DNA from: an uncultured Candidatus Saccharibacteria bacterium
Lineage (GTDB): Bacteria; Patescibacteriota; Minisyncoccia; UBA6257; 2-01-FULL-56-20
Direction of reading: 5' to 3'
Length of the DNA: 64,000 bases
Assembly: GCA_964387675.1 (NCBI GenBank)
Contig: CAYLWL010000003.1
Coordinates: forward strand, 6,436 to 70,435
Shown: piece after piece, positions 45,784-55,800 of the stretch
How positions within the stretch are numbered: the first letter of the stretch is position 1
Layout: the number at the start of each line of letters is the position of its first letter
Notes under the pieces: generated by a model
Seen by the model: the letters and a program-made list of their open reading frames with translations, nothing else
Told to the model about the DNA's origin: nothing
The model's database searches: none
Translations under genes and position numbers: made by a program

Positions 45784-46611
45784 ATGTTAATCGGCCACGA
45801 AAAATCAATCTCTGATCTTAAACGACTCGCAAAGAGCGGGGCGTTGCCGCACGGTTACATTTTTTCCGGTCCATCGATGGTGGGAAAACGCTTGGTTGCG
45901 CTCGGCTTCGCAAATTATCTCGAAACGGGCAAATTCGAAGAAGGGGGTTTATTGCAAGACGCGATTCTTATCCGCCCGGACGAAAAAGGCACCCTGGGAA
46001 TTGACGCTATACGAACGTTAAAAAACTTTTTATGGCAGAAACCGGTATTCAGTTCTCGCCGCGCCGCCATCATCGACGAAGCGGAATTATTAACAACCGA
46101 AGCGCAGAATGCTCTTCTTAAGATCGCCGAGGAGCCGCCACCGTCGACTCTTTTAATTCTCGTGACGAGCGATATCGAAGCATTGGCGCCGACGCTCAGA
46201 TCCCGCCTGTCAAGAATCTATTTTTCTATCGTATCGAAAGGTTCCATTCTGGAGCTTCTTCAAAAAATGGGACTGCCGAAAAAAACGGCCGATGATATAG
46301 CGGAGCGGTCTTTCGGCAAGCCCGGACTGGCTTCTCGGTTGGTGAATGACGACGCGCTCAAGGCCCGATTACAATCCGCGAGTACTCTCTGCAAAGTATC
46401 AGGGGATAAAAGGCGCGCTTTTATTAAGGGTTTGTTGGACGACGAAGAATTTGATTTCAACGCATTTTTGGACGCGATGATCTTGAACATAGTTCCCGAG
46501 GCGAAGCAGAACCCCCAATTTTGGCATCAATTACTCGAACTGCGGGGCAAAGAGGCCTCCTTTAACCTTAATCCGAGATTACAACTGGATAATCTCACCC
46601 GGGATTTATAA
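45784..46611 (+). CDS. holB: DNA polymerase III delta-prime-like AAA+ clamp-loader subunit
   Basis: HGYIFSGPSMVGKRLVALGFANYL (degenerate P-loop), IIDEAELLTTEAQNALLKIAEEPP, and TSDIEALAPTLRSR (SRC-like). Confidence 0.6.
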   Translation: MLIGHEKSISDLKRLAKSGALPHGYIFSGPSMVGKRLVALGFANYLETGKFEEGGLLQDAILIRPDEKGTLGIDAIRTLKNFLWQKPVFSSRRAAIIDEAELLTTEAQNALLKIAEEPPPSTLLILVTSDIEALAPTLRSRLSRIYFSIVSKGSILELLQKMGLPKKTADDIAERSFGKPGLASRLVNDDALKARLQSASTLCKVSGDKRRAFIKGLLDDEEFDFNAFLDAMILNIVPEAKQNPQFWHQLLELRGKEASFNLNPRLQLDNLTRDL

Positions 46612-46620
46612 AATAAAAGT

Positions 46621-47184
46621 ATGTCATCTGCGGGAGAAACATACCTGAAAGAGTTGGAGGCAGATTTGAAAGTCGTAGCCGGTAAGCTGGGCGAGGAACT
46701 TAAGATGATTCGCGGCAACCGGCCCTCGGTTGATCTGATCGAGAATATCAAAGTCAGCATCTATGAACAAGAGATGACCGTAAAACAACTCGGTTCCATT
46801 TCCGTTGTGCCGCCGCGAGGGATTCAAATAGCGGTGTGGGACAAAACCGCCGTGGGCGCGGTGATGAAGGCGATCGAAAACGCGAAAATCGGGCTCTCGG
46901 TTTCGAATGACGGGAATAATATTATTGCCAATCTTTCGGCCCTGGGCGATGAGCGGCGCGAGGAGCTCTCGAGGATTGTCAAAAAAACGAGCGAGGGTTT
47001 CAGGATTCAGGTGCGCGCCAGGCGCGATGACGCGATCAAAAAACTTCGCGACTCCGAGGGCGAAAAGGAGATAAGCGAGGACGAAGCATTCAAGGCAAAA
47101 GAGAAGATCCAGAAAGCGGTTGACGAGGCGAATAAGCAGATCGAGTCGGCAGTTGAGGGCAAACTGAGGGAACTCGCAGAGTAA
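46621..47184 (+). CDS. frr: Ribosome recycling factor
   Basis: 187 aa. RGNRPSVDLIENIKV...VPPRGIQIAVWDK. Confidence 0.85.
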   Translation: MSSAGETYLKELEADLKVVAGKLGEELKMIRGNRPSVDLIENIKVSIYEQEMTVKQLGSISVVPPRGIQIAVWDKTAVGAVMKAIENAKIGLSVSNDGNNIIANLSALGDERREELSRIVKKTSEGFRIQVRARRDDAIKKLRDSEGEKEISEDEAFKAKEKIQKAVDEANKQIESAVEGKLRELAE

Positions 47185-47337
47185 AAAGCAGCCATCTTTA
47201 TAGTACTATGCTATAGCATAGTACTATGATCTATCATAGCGCCTCGCAGTGAGGCCGTTGCGCTTTACAACTTTATAAAAAGTGTTCTCTTATTCTCTCA
47301 TTCGCGCGAATTAGCCGAAGAGAAAAAGAAAAATGAA

Positions 47338-47366
47338 AATCCGCCGCGGTGTTGTTGCGGCGGATT
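47338..47366 (-). terminator. Rho-independent terminator for the minus-strand small gene
   Basis: ATCCGCCGC-ggtgttgtt-GCGGCGGAT. The minus strand reads a T-rich tract after the stem. Confidence 0.45.
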
Positions 47367-47404
47367 GTGTACGATTTGTGCCGATTCGTTACAACCGAAC
47401 TTCG

Positions 47405-47668
47405 TTACAACCGAACCAAGTCGATGGCATGCAATTCAAGCCATCGCATCATTTCCTGAAGCTTGGACTCAGCTTTAGGGCCGAGCTTGATAGTAGGTGG
47501 AAGACGAGAAAATTGCTCGCTGTCAATTCCTAATTCTTCTAGTATTGCTGATCTGATCTCCCTACGATACGCGTCAAACTGGGATACGTATTGTGAATTG
47601 GGTCCAAAGAAATATATCATTTTTATCTGCATCTGAAGAGCAGAGCAAACATCGGCTAGAGTTGTCAT
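47405..47668 (-). CDS. Hypothetical small protein (87 aa), orphan
   Basis: Isolated minus-strand ORF with its own terminator. No recognisable motif. Confidence 0.3.
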   Translation of the reverse strand: MTTLADVCSALQMQIKMIYFFGPNSQYVSQFDAYRREIRSAILEELGIDSEQFSRLPPTIKLGPKAESKLQEMMRWLELHAIDLVRL

Positions 47669-47729
47669 CCAGCTTACCTCCTCGAGCTTATCTTGTGACT
47701 ATACGAAGAGTGGCATATAAGTTATACTT

Positions 47730-48770
47730 TTGTCAATGATTATTTTAATCGTCATCGTCGGTCTTTCACTTCTAATTCTCGGCCATGAGGCAGGGCACTT
47801 TTTTGTAGCCAAGCTGTTCAAGTTAAGAGTGGATGAGTTCGGTTTCGGTTTTCCGCCGCGGATGTTTGCCAAGAAGAAAGGCGAGACCGAATACAGTTTC
47901 AACTGGCTGCCGTTTGGAGGATTTGTGAGAATCGCGGGCGAAGACGGAGAGTTCGGTCTCAAAAACGGTGATGGATCAACCGATAAAAACCGTCTCTTCT
48001 TCGCGCAACCGGCCTGGAAAAAAGGCCTCATCATTTTGGCGGGCGTGGCCACGAATTTTGTGCTCGGATGGTTCCTGATCTCCGCGATTTTGATGGTCGG
48101 TATTCCCAAAGCCGTCATCATAAGCTCCGTTCAGCCGGATTCGCCTGCGGCTCGGATAGGGCTGCAACCGGCGGACATCGTGAGCAATTTTTCCACCGCC
48201 AAAGATTTTACTCGTTTCGTGAAGGAACACGCGGGGCAGACGGTGGATCTTGAAATAAAAAGAGGAGATCGGCATCTTACTCTTTCGGTCGTGCCCCGCA
48301 AAGAAACGAAGCCGGGAGAAGGGGCGGTCGGAGTGGTTTTGGTTGACGCCGGAGAAGATCGGCAGGGAATTCTCACCGCGGCCTGGGATGGCCTGCGTCG
48401 GGCGCTTATGATTTCCGGCCTTACGTTCCAATCGCTTTACGAACTGGTCAAAACACTGTTCTTCGACGGGTCGCTTCTTCCGGGAGTCGTGGGGCCGGTC
48501 GGAATTTTCTCGGTCGCCGCGGAAACCGGGAAAATCGGCTTGATCTATTTGGTGCAACTCATCAGTATCATTTCTCTCAATTTGGCCGTGATCAACCTTG
48601 TTCCATTTCCGGCGCTTGACGGCGGAAGGTTCTTGATGATCCTCATAGAGAAAATGAAGGGCTCGCCGATTTCGAGGAAAACCGAGGCGATCGTCAACGC
48701 GACGGGGTTTCTGTTTCTCATCGCCTTGATGATCGCGCTCACCGCGCGTGATGTGGGGAAGTTGTTCTAA
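47730..48770 (+). CDS. rseP: RIP metalloprotease RseP (M50 site-2 protease with PDZ domain)
   Basis: HEAGHFFVAK (HExxH) in TM1, a central PDZ-like region, and C-terminal NLVPFPALDGG. Confidence 0.8.
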   Translation: MSMIILIVIVGLSLLILGHEAGHFFVAKLFKLRVDEFGFGFPPRMFAKKKGETEYSFNWLPFGGFVRIAGEDGEFGLKNGDGSTDKNRLFFAQPAWKKGLIILAGVATNFVLGWFLISAILMVGIPKAVIISSVQPDSPAARIGLQPADIVSNFSTAKDFTRFVKEHAGQTVDLEIKRGDRHLTLSVVPRKETKPGEGAVGVVLVDAGEDRQGILTAAWDGLRRALMISGLTFQSLYELVKTLFFDGSLLPGVVGPVGIFSVAAETGKIGLIYLVQLISIISLNLAVINLVPFPALDGGRFLMILIEKMKGSPISRKTEAIVNATGFLFLIALMIALTARDVGKLF

Positions 48771-48775
48771 TCATT

Positions 48776-49984
48776 TTGAGAAGCGGGGTTCACATCTGGC
48801 AGCCGCACGATATTCAGCACCTTTTCAGTTTATCTGAACAATGGGCGACGAAAAATCGCCGTCCGATCGTAGTATTCGCTGATCAGTTCGACAATTGGCT
48901 GGGAATTCACAGCAACGTGGCGGCCCAGCTCGAAATCGAACTTGACGGTTTCTCCGGTCGGCGAGAAGGAGTATACTTTATAGCCACCGCCCAGCAAGAA
49001 CCGCGGGAATTCGGCGGATCCATGTTTCGTTCGGGAAGAATCGAAACCGAGGTTGCATTCAGCGATCCTGATCGGCGGCAACAAATCGAACTTTTAGAGG
49101 GGTTTTTACATCGATATCCGCATGATCCCGATATCGATATCGGCAACCTCATACACCTGCTTGACGTTCCGACACCTGCTGACCTTAAGGCCTTTGTTGA
49201 CGACGCATTTGTTTGTGCTCTGCAAGAGGTTGCGGTCGCGAAAGTGAAAAAAGAGAAGGGTTGGGCTTCGAAGGAAGCAAAAGTTACCGAGAACTTGCTT
49301 ATTGATGTGTTTCTTCCTCAAGTATTGGATCCGAAAACGGGGCACACGATGTCGCCCGAAGAAGAACGTGGTGTGGCCATCCACGAGATGGGCCATGTTG
49401 TTGTGGCAAGGGCGCTCGGTGTGCCTGCGCACTCCGTATCTTGCAGGCCGGGACTGGAATCGCTTGGATTGATGTATCAAGGAGATAGCGGTTTGGAAAG
49501 AAAAAATCCGTTCGTCGAGGAAAGGTATGCGATGATTTGCATCGGTCTGGGAAGTATCGAGGCCGAGACGCTTCTCGATGTGCCGCCCAATATAGGTTGT
49601 AATGCCGATCTCCACAATGCGGCGGATATGGCACAGCGTTTGATCGCGACCGGCGTCGACCCCCAAAGCCCGCTGGTTCCGAAATATGGAAGGTTGCACT
49701 TTCATCCGGGCGGCGACGTGGACGATGAAGGCAAGGTGGGTCCACCACAAATCTCCGAAGAGCTGAAAGGGGACCTTGAAAAAGCGGTGGTGCTGGTTTT
49801 GAGAGAAAGACAAGCGATGGCCCGCAACATCGTTGCTTTCTTCGGAAAGGAATTGATTGGCATGCTTGCCGACGCCTTGATTGCCAAACCGAACAAAGTG
49901 ATGCTGCAAAAAGAATTGGATCGGCTCCTCGAGCCGAAACTTAGTGAGTTCAGAAGTAAGCATAACATTGTCGAAATCCAATAA
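48776..49984 (+). CDS. N-terminally truncated FtsH-like protein: lacks TM region and Walker A, degenerate Walker B, intact M41 HEMGH motif
   Basis: PIVVFADQFD corresponds to the Walker B position (hhhhDEhD). ATAQQEPREF...RSGRIETEVAFSDPDRRQQIEL corresponds to the AAA C-terminal lid. HEMGHVVVA is the protease HExxH. Confidence 0.55.
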   Translation: MRSGVHIWQPHDIQHLFSLSEQWATKNRRPIVVFADQFDNWLGIHSNVAAQLEIELDGFSGRREGVYFIATAQQEPREFGGSMFRSGRIETEVAFSDPDRRQQIELLEGFLHRYPHDPDIDIGNLIHLLDVPTPADLKAFVDDAFVCALQEVAVAKVKKEKGWASKEAKVTENLLIDVFLPQVLDPKTGHTMSPEEERGVAIHEMGHVVVARALGVPAHSVSCRPGLESLGLMYQGDSGLERKNPFVEERYAMICIGLGSIEAETLLDVPPNIGCNADLHNAADMAQRLIATGVDPQSPLVPKYGRLHFHPGGDVDDEGKVGPPQISEELKGDLEKAVVLVLRERQAMARNIVAFFGKELIGMLADALIAKPNKVMLQKELDRLLEPKLSEFRSKHNIVEIQ

Positions 49985-50097
49985 CGCAGAAGCCGTTTCA
50001 TTCCTTGCTCCGACCGCGGTCGGAGCAATTTTATTCCATTTTTCGGGTGTGCATAACTCAACTTCCGAAGAGATCGAGACATTGTATAATAAATAGT

Positions 50098-51378
50098 ATG
50101 AGAAAAGTTTTCTCTCTCAAATTCATCCTCGTTGCCCCCTTTTTTCTCCTTGCGTTTTTCTATGCCTTTCATTTGGCGCGGGGATTCACCGGCCCCTCCT
50201 CAAGCGCCGGCGTCGGCAGCGGCGTCATTTCCAGCTTGAACGGCAATATCGGCATCGGGACGGCAACACCCGGCGCCTTGCTTCACCTTCTTGGCGCCTC
50301 TCCTTATCTCCGGCTCGATTGTACGTCCGCGAACTGCGGCGCGTTCGAGCTCCGCGTCGACACCTCGGGCGGATCCAAATACTTCGCGGTCTATGACGTC
50401 AATAATTCGACCCAGCCCTTTACTATTCTGAACAGCGGCAATATCGGCATTGGAACAACCACCCCCGCCTATCCCTTGAGCGTGGCCGGCGCCGTTTACT
50501 CCTCCTCCGGAGGATTCCGCTTTCCGGACGGCACCACGCAGACCACCGCCGCAAGCGGCGGCGCCACTGTGAACGCCTCAAATGTGACGGCCGGTGTTTT
50601 CGCCTCCGGCAACTTCTCCTTCCCGTCTTCCCTCGGCATCGCGACCACCACCCAGGTGAGCTTGCCCCAAGCCCTCTCGGTCTATGGCGGAGGATACTTC
50701 AGCGGCAACGTCGGCATCGGGACGACGGCGCCGGGAGCGAAGTTGCATATCTATGATCCCGTAGGAAGTAGTGCCGATGCGTGGCTTAAAATTGAATCGG
50801 ACAGCGCTAGTTCTGACGCGAGATTAGATTTTGATGGCGCTACTGGACGTGACGGAATAATACGATTTTTGCAGACAGGAACGATTGAGGCAAGAATCGA
50901 CTACGATAGTGCTACAGGAGATCTAATATTTTCTAAAGGATCAGCCGTTGGAAGCAACCTTGTTATTGATACATCCGGCAACGTCGGCATCGGGACGACA
51001 AGTCCGAGCTATAAGTTGCATGTTGCAGGAGATGTCGGCGCGACCGCTTTTTACTATACCTCCGACGCGCGCCTCAAGGCAGACATCCGCCCAACCGGCG
51101 GTCTGGAGATCATAAGCGGTTTGCGCGGGGTGACATTTTCGTGGAAGAATTCCGGAAAACGGAGCGCCGGTTTTATCGCCCAGGAGGTGGAGCAAGTTTT
51201 GCCCGAAGCGGTTTCTACTGATTCTGCGACAGGACTAAAGTCATTGAACTACGGCGCGCTCTCGGCGCCGATCGTGGAGGCGATCAAAGAGCTGGAGCGC
51301 GACTCGGAGGCGAAAGGTCAAAAGATCGCGGAGCTGGAACGAGAAATAGAGGAATTAAAACAGGTTCCGGGGAGATAA
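50098..51378 (+). CDS. Tail-fibre-like surface protein with GN(I/V)GIGTTxP repeats and C-terminal intramolecular-chaperone (peptidase S74) domain
   Basis: Signal/TM at the N-terminus. Four GNIGIGT motifs. The C-terminus DARLKADIRPTGGLEIISGLRGVTFSWKN...AGFIAQEVEQVLPEAV...LNYGAL plus a coiled coil is typical of the S74 self-cleaving chaperone. Confidence 0.55.
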   Translation: MRKVFSLKFILVAPFFLLAFFYAFHLARGFTGPSSSAGVGSGVISSLNGNIGIGTATPGALLHLLGASPYLRLDCTSANCGAFELRVDTSGGSKYFAVYDVNNSTQPFTILNSGNIGIGTTTPAYPLSVAGAVYSSSGGFRFPDGTTQTTAASGGATVNASNVTAGVFASGNFSFPSSLGIATTTQVSLPQALSVYGGGYFSGNVGIGTTAPGAKLHIYDPVGSSADAWLKIESDSASSDARLDFDGATGRDGIIRFLQTGTIEARIDYDSATGDLIFSKGSAVGSNLVIDTSGNVGIGTTSPSYKLHVAGDVGATAFYYTSDARLKADIRPTGGLEIISGLRGVTFSWKNSGKRSAGFIAQEVEQVLPEAVSTDSATGLKSLNYGALSAPIVEAIKELERDSEAKGQKIAELEREIEELKQVPGR

Positions 51379-51387
51379 TTTTCGTCA

Positions 51388-52452
51388 ATGAAGAGTGTTC
51401 GCAAGCTGAATTATTTGAATGTCGCAATACTGGTTGCGGCTTTTTCAATGTTTGGTTTCATCGTTCTGCGCGCGGCTACGACCTATCGGCTGAATACCGG
51501 CACAACTTCCGATATCACGGAATTTAACACCTGCAAGAAGGTTGCCAATTCCACCGGCAAAGACCTCTTTATTCCCACCAACTCCTCCGCGGAGTGGTCT
51601 TCTTTCTACAATAATATTCCTTCAGGCGTGACGATTTCCACCTGTGACGTTATCGTCACGTATAGCGGGGCGGCAAATGGCACTCACAACCTCTCTGCGA
51701 GCGGCTCGCTTGCTCTAACAACCCCGGGCAACTACACAATCTCCTTCGGTCGCAGTGCCAATATCCGGATTAGGGGCGTAGCTGGCGGCGGAGGCGGAGG
51801 TTCTGGAAGTTGGGTATATGGGGGCATTGGAGGCGGCGGTGGTGGTGGAGGTGGTGGAAGTGCCAATACAGACGGCGTGGTGGTGAGCGTTACTGCGACG
51901 AGTTACTCTGCGTCGGTTGGAGACGGTGGGGCGGGAGGTCCCGGTGGAAACGATGTGGAAACGAACGGTAGTGCGGGTGGCAATACCGCCTTCGGTTCAT
52001 GGTTGAGTCTGGCAGGCGGCGGTTATGGCAAAAGCCCGGGATCTGGTGGCGGAGGCGGGAGTTCTAACGGCGCCAACGGTGGTTGCGAGAGTCACGGCTC
52101 ATCGGGTATTACCGGCGGCGGCGGAGGTGGCGGTTCAAGCAGTAATTGCATAGGAGGTAATGGTGGGGCGGGATCCAGTCAGAATCCGGGCTGTGAGGCG
52201 AGAAGCGGCGGCAGCGGCACCAGGTCCTATTGCTCTTCCCCCGAAGCGCAGGGTGGTGTCACAGGTAATTGCGGCGGCGCAGGCGGCGGCGGTGGTGGGG
52301 GTGGCGTGAACTTGCTTGGTATAACCGGCAATCGAGGCGGCGGCGGTGGTGGCGGTGGCGCAAGCAAATGTGGAGGCAGTGGCCCTGGTGCAGCAGAAGG
52401 CGGCAGCGGCGGCAAAGGAAGTAGTGGCGCTCTGACAATTACGCTGGAATAA
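51388..52452 (+). CDS. Glycine-rich secreted protein
   Basis: N-terminal TM/signal, a ~120-aa globular region, then ~200 aa dominated by GGGGG/GGSG runs with scattered Cys. Confidence 0.45.
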   Translation: MKSVRKLNYLNVAILVAAFSMFGFIVLRAATTYRLNTGTTSDITEFNTCKKVANSTGKDLFIPTNSSAEWSSFYNNIPSGVTISTCDVIVTYSGAANGTHNLSASGSLALTTPGNYTISFGRSANIRIRGVAGGGGGGSGSWVYGGIGGGGGGGGGGSANTDGVVVSVTATSYSASVGDGGAGGPGGNDVETNGSAGGNTAFGSWLSLAGGGYGKSPGSGGGGGSSNGANGGCESHGSSGITGGGGGGGSSSNCIGGNGGAGSSQNPGCEARSGGSGTRSYCSSPEAQGGVTGNCGGAGGGGGGGGVNLLGITGNRGGGGGGGGASKCGGSGPGAAEGGSGGKGSSGALTITLE

Positions 52453-52819
52453 AAATGAAAACTCGCGGTCTCCAAGAACGGAGCATATTCGCGGCGTTGG
52501 GAATCCTCCTCTTCTTGACTTTCGCGTTCCTTTCTTTTTCCCTCTAATCCAATCTTTTCCGTTATAACATAATATTATATTATAATGGAAAAGAGAAAAA
52601 AGAGAACGAGAAAAAGAATAGAATAAGAGGGACGCATCCGGATGTTCACTGTCCGTTTGCTATAATAGAAGCATGTACCTTTCTGACACCCCTTCGACTC
52701 CGCTCCCTCGACAGAACTAGGGACAAGTCGGGGCAGGCCCTTCGATAGAGCTCGGGGCAAGCCCCTAGGCAATCGCATCTTCATACTATGAAGAAAAGAT
52801 CATCCACAACCATTCCTTC

Positions 52820-52840
52820 GAGAGAGAGAGAGAGAGAGAG
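52820..52840. repeat. (GA)10 dinucleotide microsatellite 8 nt upstream of the likely start codon of the giant fibre gene
   Basis: GAGAGAGAGAGAGAGAGAGAG read directly from the sequence. Confidence 0.9.
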
Positions 52841-52847
52841 TAACACC

Positions 52848-55800
52848 ATGCCCCGACTCCGCTCTCTACAACTCGTTTACCTCGCCTCCTTCCTCCTCTC
52901 TTCATTCCTCTTTGCCCCTCCACTCTTGGCCGCCCCTCCTTCCTCCCCGTATACCCCCGGAGAGACCCTGAATCCCACCTGCTCCCCCGGAGACGCGAAT
53001 TGCACGGTCGTCGCTCCCCCCGCGGGAACCGGCTCCGCGGGACTCCTGACCTACTGGAGCGCCTCCTCCACCGTCTCATCCTCCCTCTCCCTCTTCTGGG
53101 ACAACCCCAACATACGCCTCGGCATCGGCACCTCCCAGCCCTCCTCCACCTTTCACATCATCGCGGGAACGACGGGCGCGACCACCCTGCAACTGATGGG
53201 ACTCCCCAACCAGACCGGGAATCTTCTCACGGTCGGATCATCCTCCGGACAACGCTATTTCACCATCTCGTCCCTCGGACTTGCATCGTCTACCGAGTTT
53301 CGCTCTCCGAGTTCGACGATCGATACCCTCTTCCTTACCTCGGCGTCCTCCACCAACCTCTCCCTCTCCGGCTACGGCCTCTTTCCCACGCTCCTTGCCC
53401 AGAACGCCGTGGGACTCGGCTCTCTTTCCACTTCCACCTCCCTCGTTTTCATCCAGGGGACGCAGGTGGCGTCAACCACACTCAACCTCCGAGGCACAAC
53501 CAACCAAACCGCCAATCTCCTCACGATCGCGAGTTCAACGGGAATCAACTTCTTCACGATTGGCCCAACTGGCCTCGCTTCCTCCACCGAGTTCAGGGCC
53601 AACTCGTCCACCATCGCCTCGCTCTACGATTTCAACGGCAACAAGTACGCCACCTCGAGCGCCTTCACCGCTGGCGTTGACACCCAGCTCTTATTTGGCC
53701 AACTCGGAGGAGGAGCAACCTCGAGCATTGCTTTCACGATCACCACCTCCACCTCCCAACTCCTCTTTTCCGGCTCCAATGTCTCCATCGCTCCGGTCGG
53801 AACCTCCACCTCCCTCGTCTTCCTGCAGGGAAGCCAGATAACATCCACCACGCTCAATATCTTCGGCGCCGCGGCCCAGACCGCGTCTCTCCTCTCCATC
53901 TCCTCCAGCACCGGCATCCCTCTTTTCAACATCAATGCCATAGGCCAAGTAGCCATCGCCACCTCTACCTACCCCTCATCGAGCACCCTGCTGACCATCG
54001 CCTCCTCAAGCCAGATATTCAATATCTCCGCGGGAGGCAACATCATGATTGGGACCTCGACCTCTCCCAATGCCGCGCTTCTGCAGATCGCGACGACCAC
54101 CAATATCTTCACGATCTTGAGCAACGGGAGAGTGGGAATCGGAACCTCGACGCCGGGTTCCGCCCTTGACGTGAAAGGCACCTTGCGTCTGTCGGGTTCC
54201 GCGTCGGGATATGTGGGATTCGCTCCAGCCGCCGCGGCGGGAGCAACCACCTATACCCTCCCTTCCGCCGACGGCTCATCGGGACAAGTCCTTACCACCG
54301 ACGGCTCGGGGACTTTGTCCTGGACGACGAAAGTAGAGGGCACCTCCCAGGACTTCAAAGGACTTTCCTTGAGAACCCATCCCAACGCGAACATCGCCAC
54401 CACCACGGTCTATCTTGACCACGCAGACGAGATCGTGATGGATACCGGGAACCGGGTGGCAACCTGGGACGACCTGTCGGCTGACATCACCGTATCAGGA
54501 GCCGGAGGACTGGATACCGGTTCTGAAGCCGCTTCCACTTGGTATGAGATTTATGCGATACGAAAATCATCTGATGGCACAAAGAATCTCTTGCTTCATA
54601 GGGCCAAGGATTATTTTTTGGATGAGGATTTTTCAACTGGCGATGATCAGTCACAAGGGATTCGGCGCACGACTAATAGTGTTACTTCTGTTGCTCAACA
54701 GTTTGAGGTTGATACTTCCGGGCTTGTTGAATTTGTCGACGTATATCTTCTTCGCGCCGGATCGGTAAGCGGACGGTTGTGGGCCGAGCTCTATGCAGAT
54801 AGCGGAGGAGCGCCAACGGGTTCAGCGCTTGCCACTTCTGACAAAATCGACGCCTCACTTATATCGACTAGTGCCCAATGGATACGTTTGCCGTTCCGTT
54901 CGCCTGTTACATTGAGTGCCACGCCGACAATTTACCATCTTGTGCTGACAGGCGACTGGACACAAAGTGATACGGTAACTATCAGCTGGCGCGCAGACAG
55001 CACATCGCCGACCTATGCTCGCGGATCATTTGAGCGTAAAGAATCTGGCAGTTGGGTAGAATATTCCGATATTGATGTGTTGTTCAAAATCTATGTCACC
55101 CGCAACGACACCTCGGTCACCATGCCGACCGGCTATGACCAGAAAGCGAAGGTGGGGTATGTATATAACGATAGCGGGAGTAACTTTAGCCCATTCGTGG
55201 CCAATGATCGGCGCGTAACCTATCAAACTACGTTCAATACGGGCAGCATCACGGCGACGATTATGACGTTAACCGACGTGTCATCATCACTGCCACCAGT
55301 TGCCGTCAGCGACGTGTTCGGCACGGCAGAGAACAGCGCGGTCAACGATTGGCTGCGTATTCTGGGCGTCCCAGACGGCTATTCGGCGAATGGCTATCCA
55401 ATTTCTGTCCCGACTGCAAATGCCACAGTATTTGCGGGAGGTATCTCAACTGAATATCAAGCGTTATATTTTCAGGTTAGTTCTGGAACTGGAATATTCC
55501 GACTGCGAGGCTACACTTGGGGCTCCACCGGCGGCGCGGACCTGGCTGAAGAATATCTGGTGGATGACGAAAGCATCAACGCCGGAGACATCGTGTCTCT
55601 GACCTCTTTTGGTACCAACTATGTCGAGAGAGCCGCCGCCTCCTCTTCATACCCGGTCCTCGGCATCGTCTCCACCAAGCCGGGCATAGTCCTCAAGGAC
55701 TGGTCATACAGCCCCCGGAATACGAGGAATGTGGCTCTCACCGGCCGCGTCCCGGTCAAGGTTACCGAAGAGAACGGCCCGATCAAGACAGGGGATCGCC

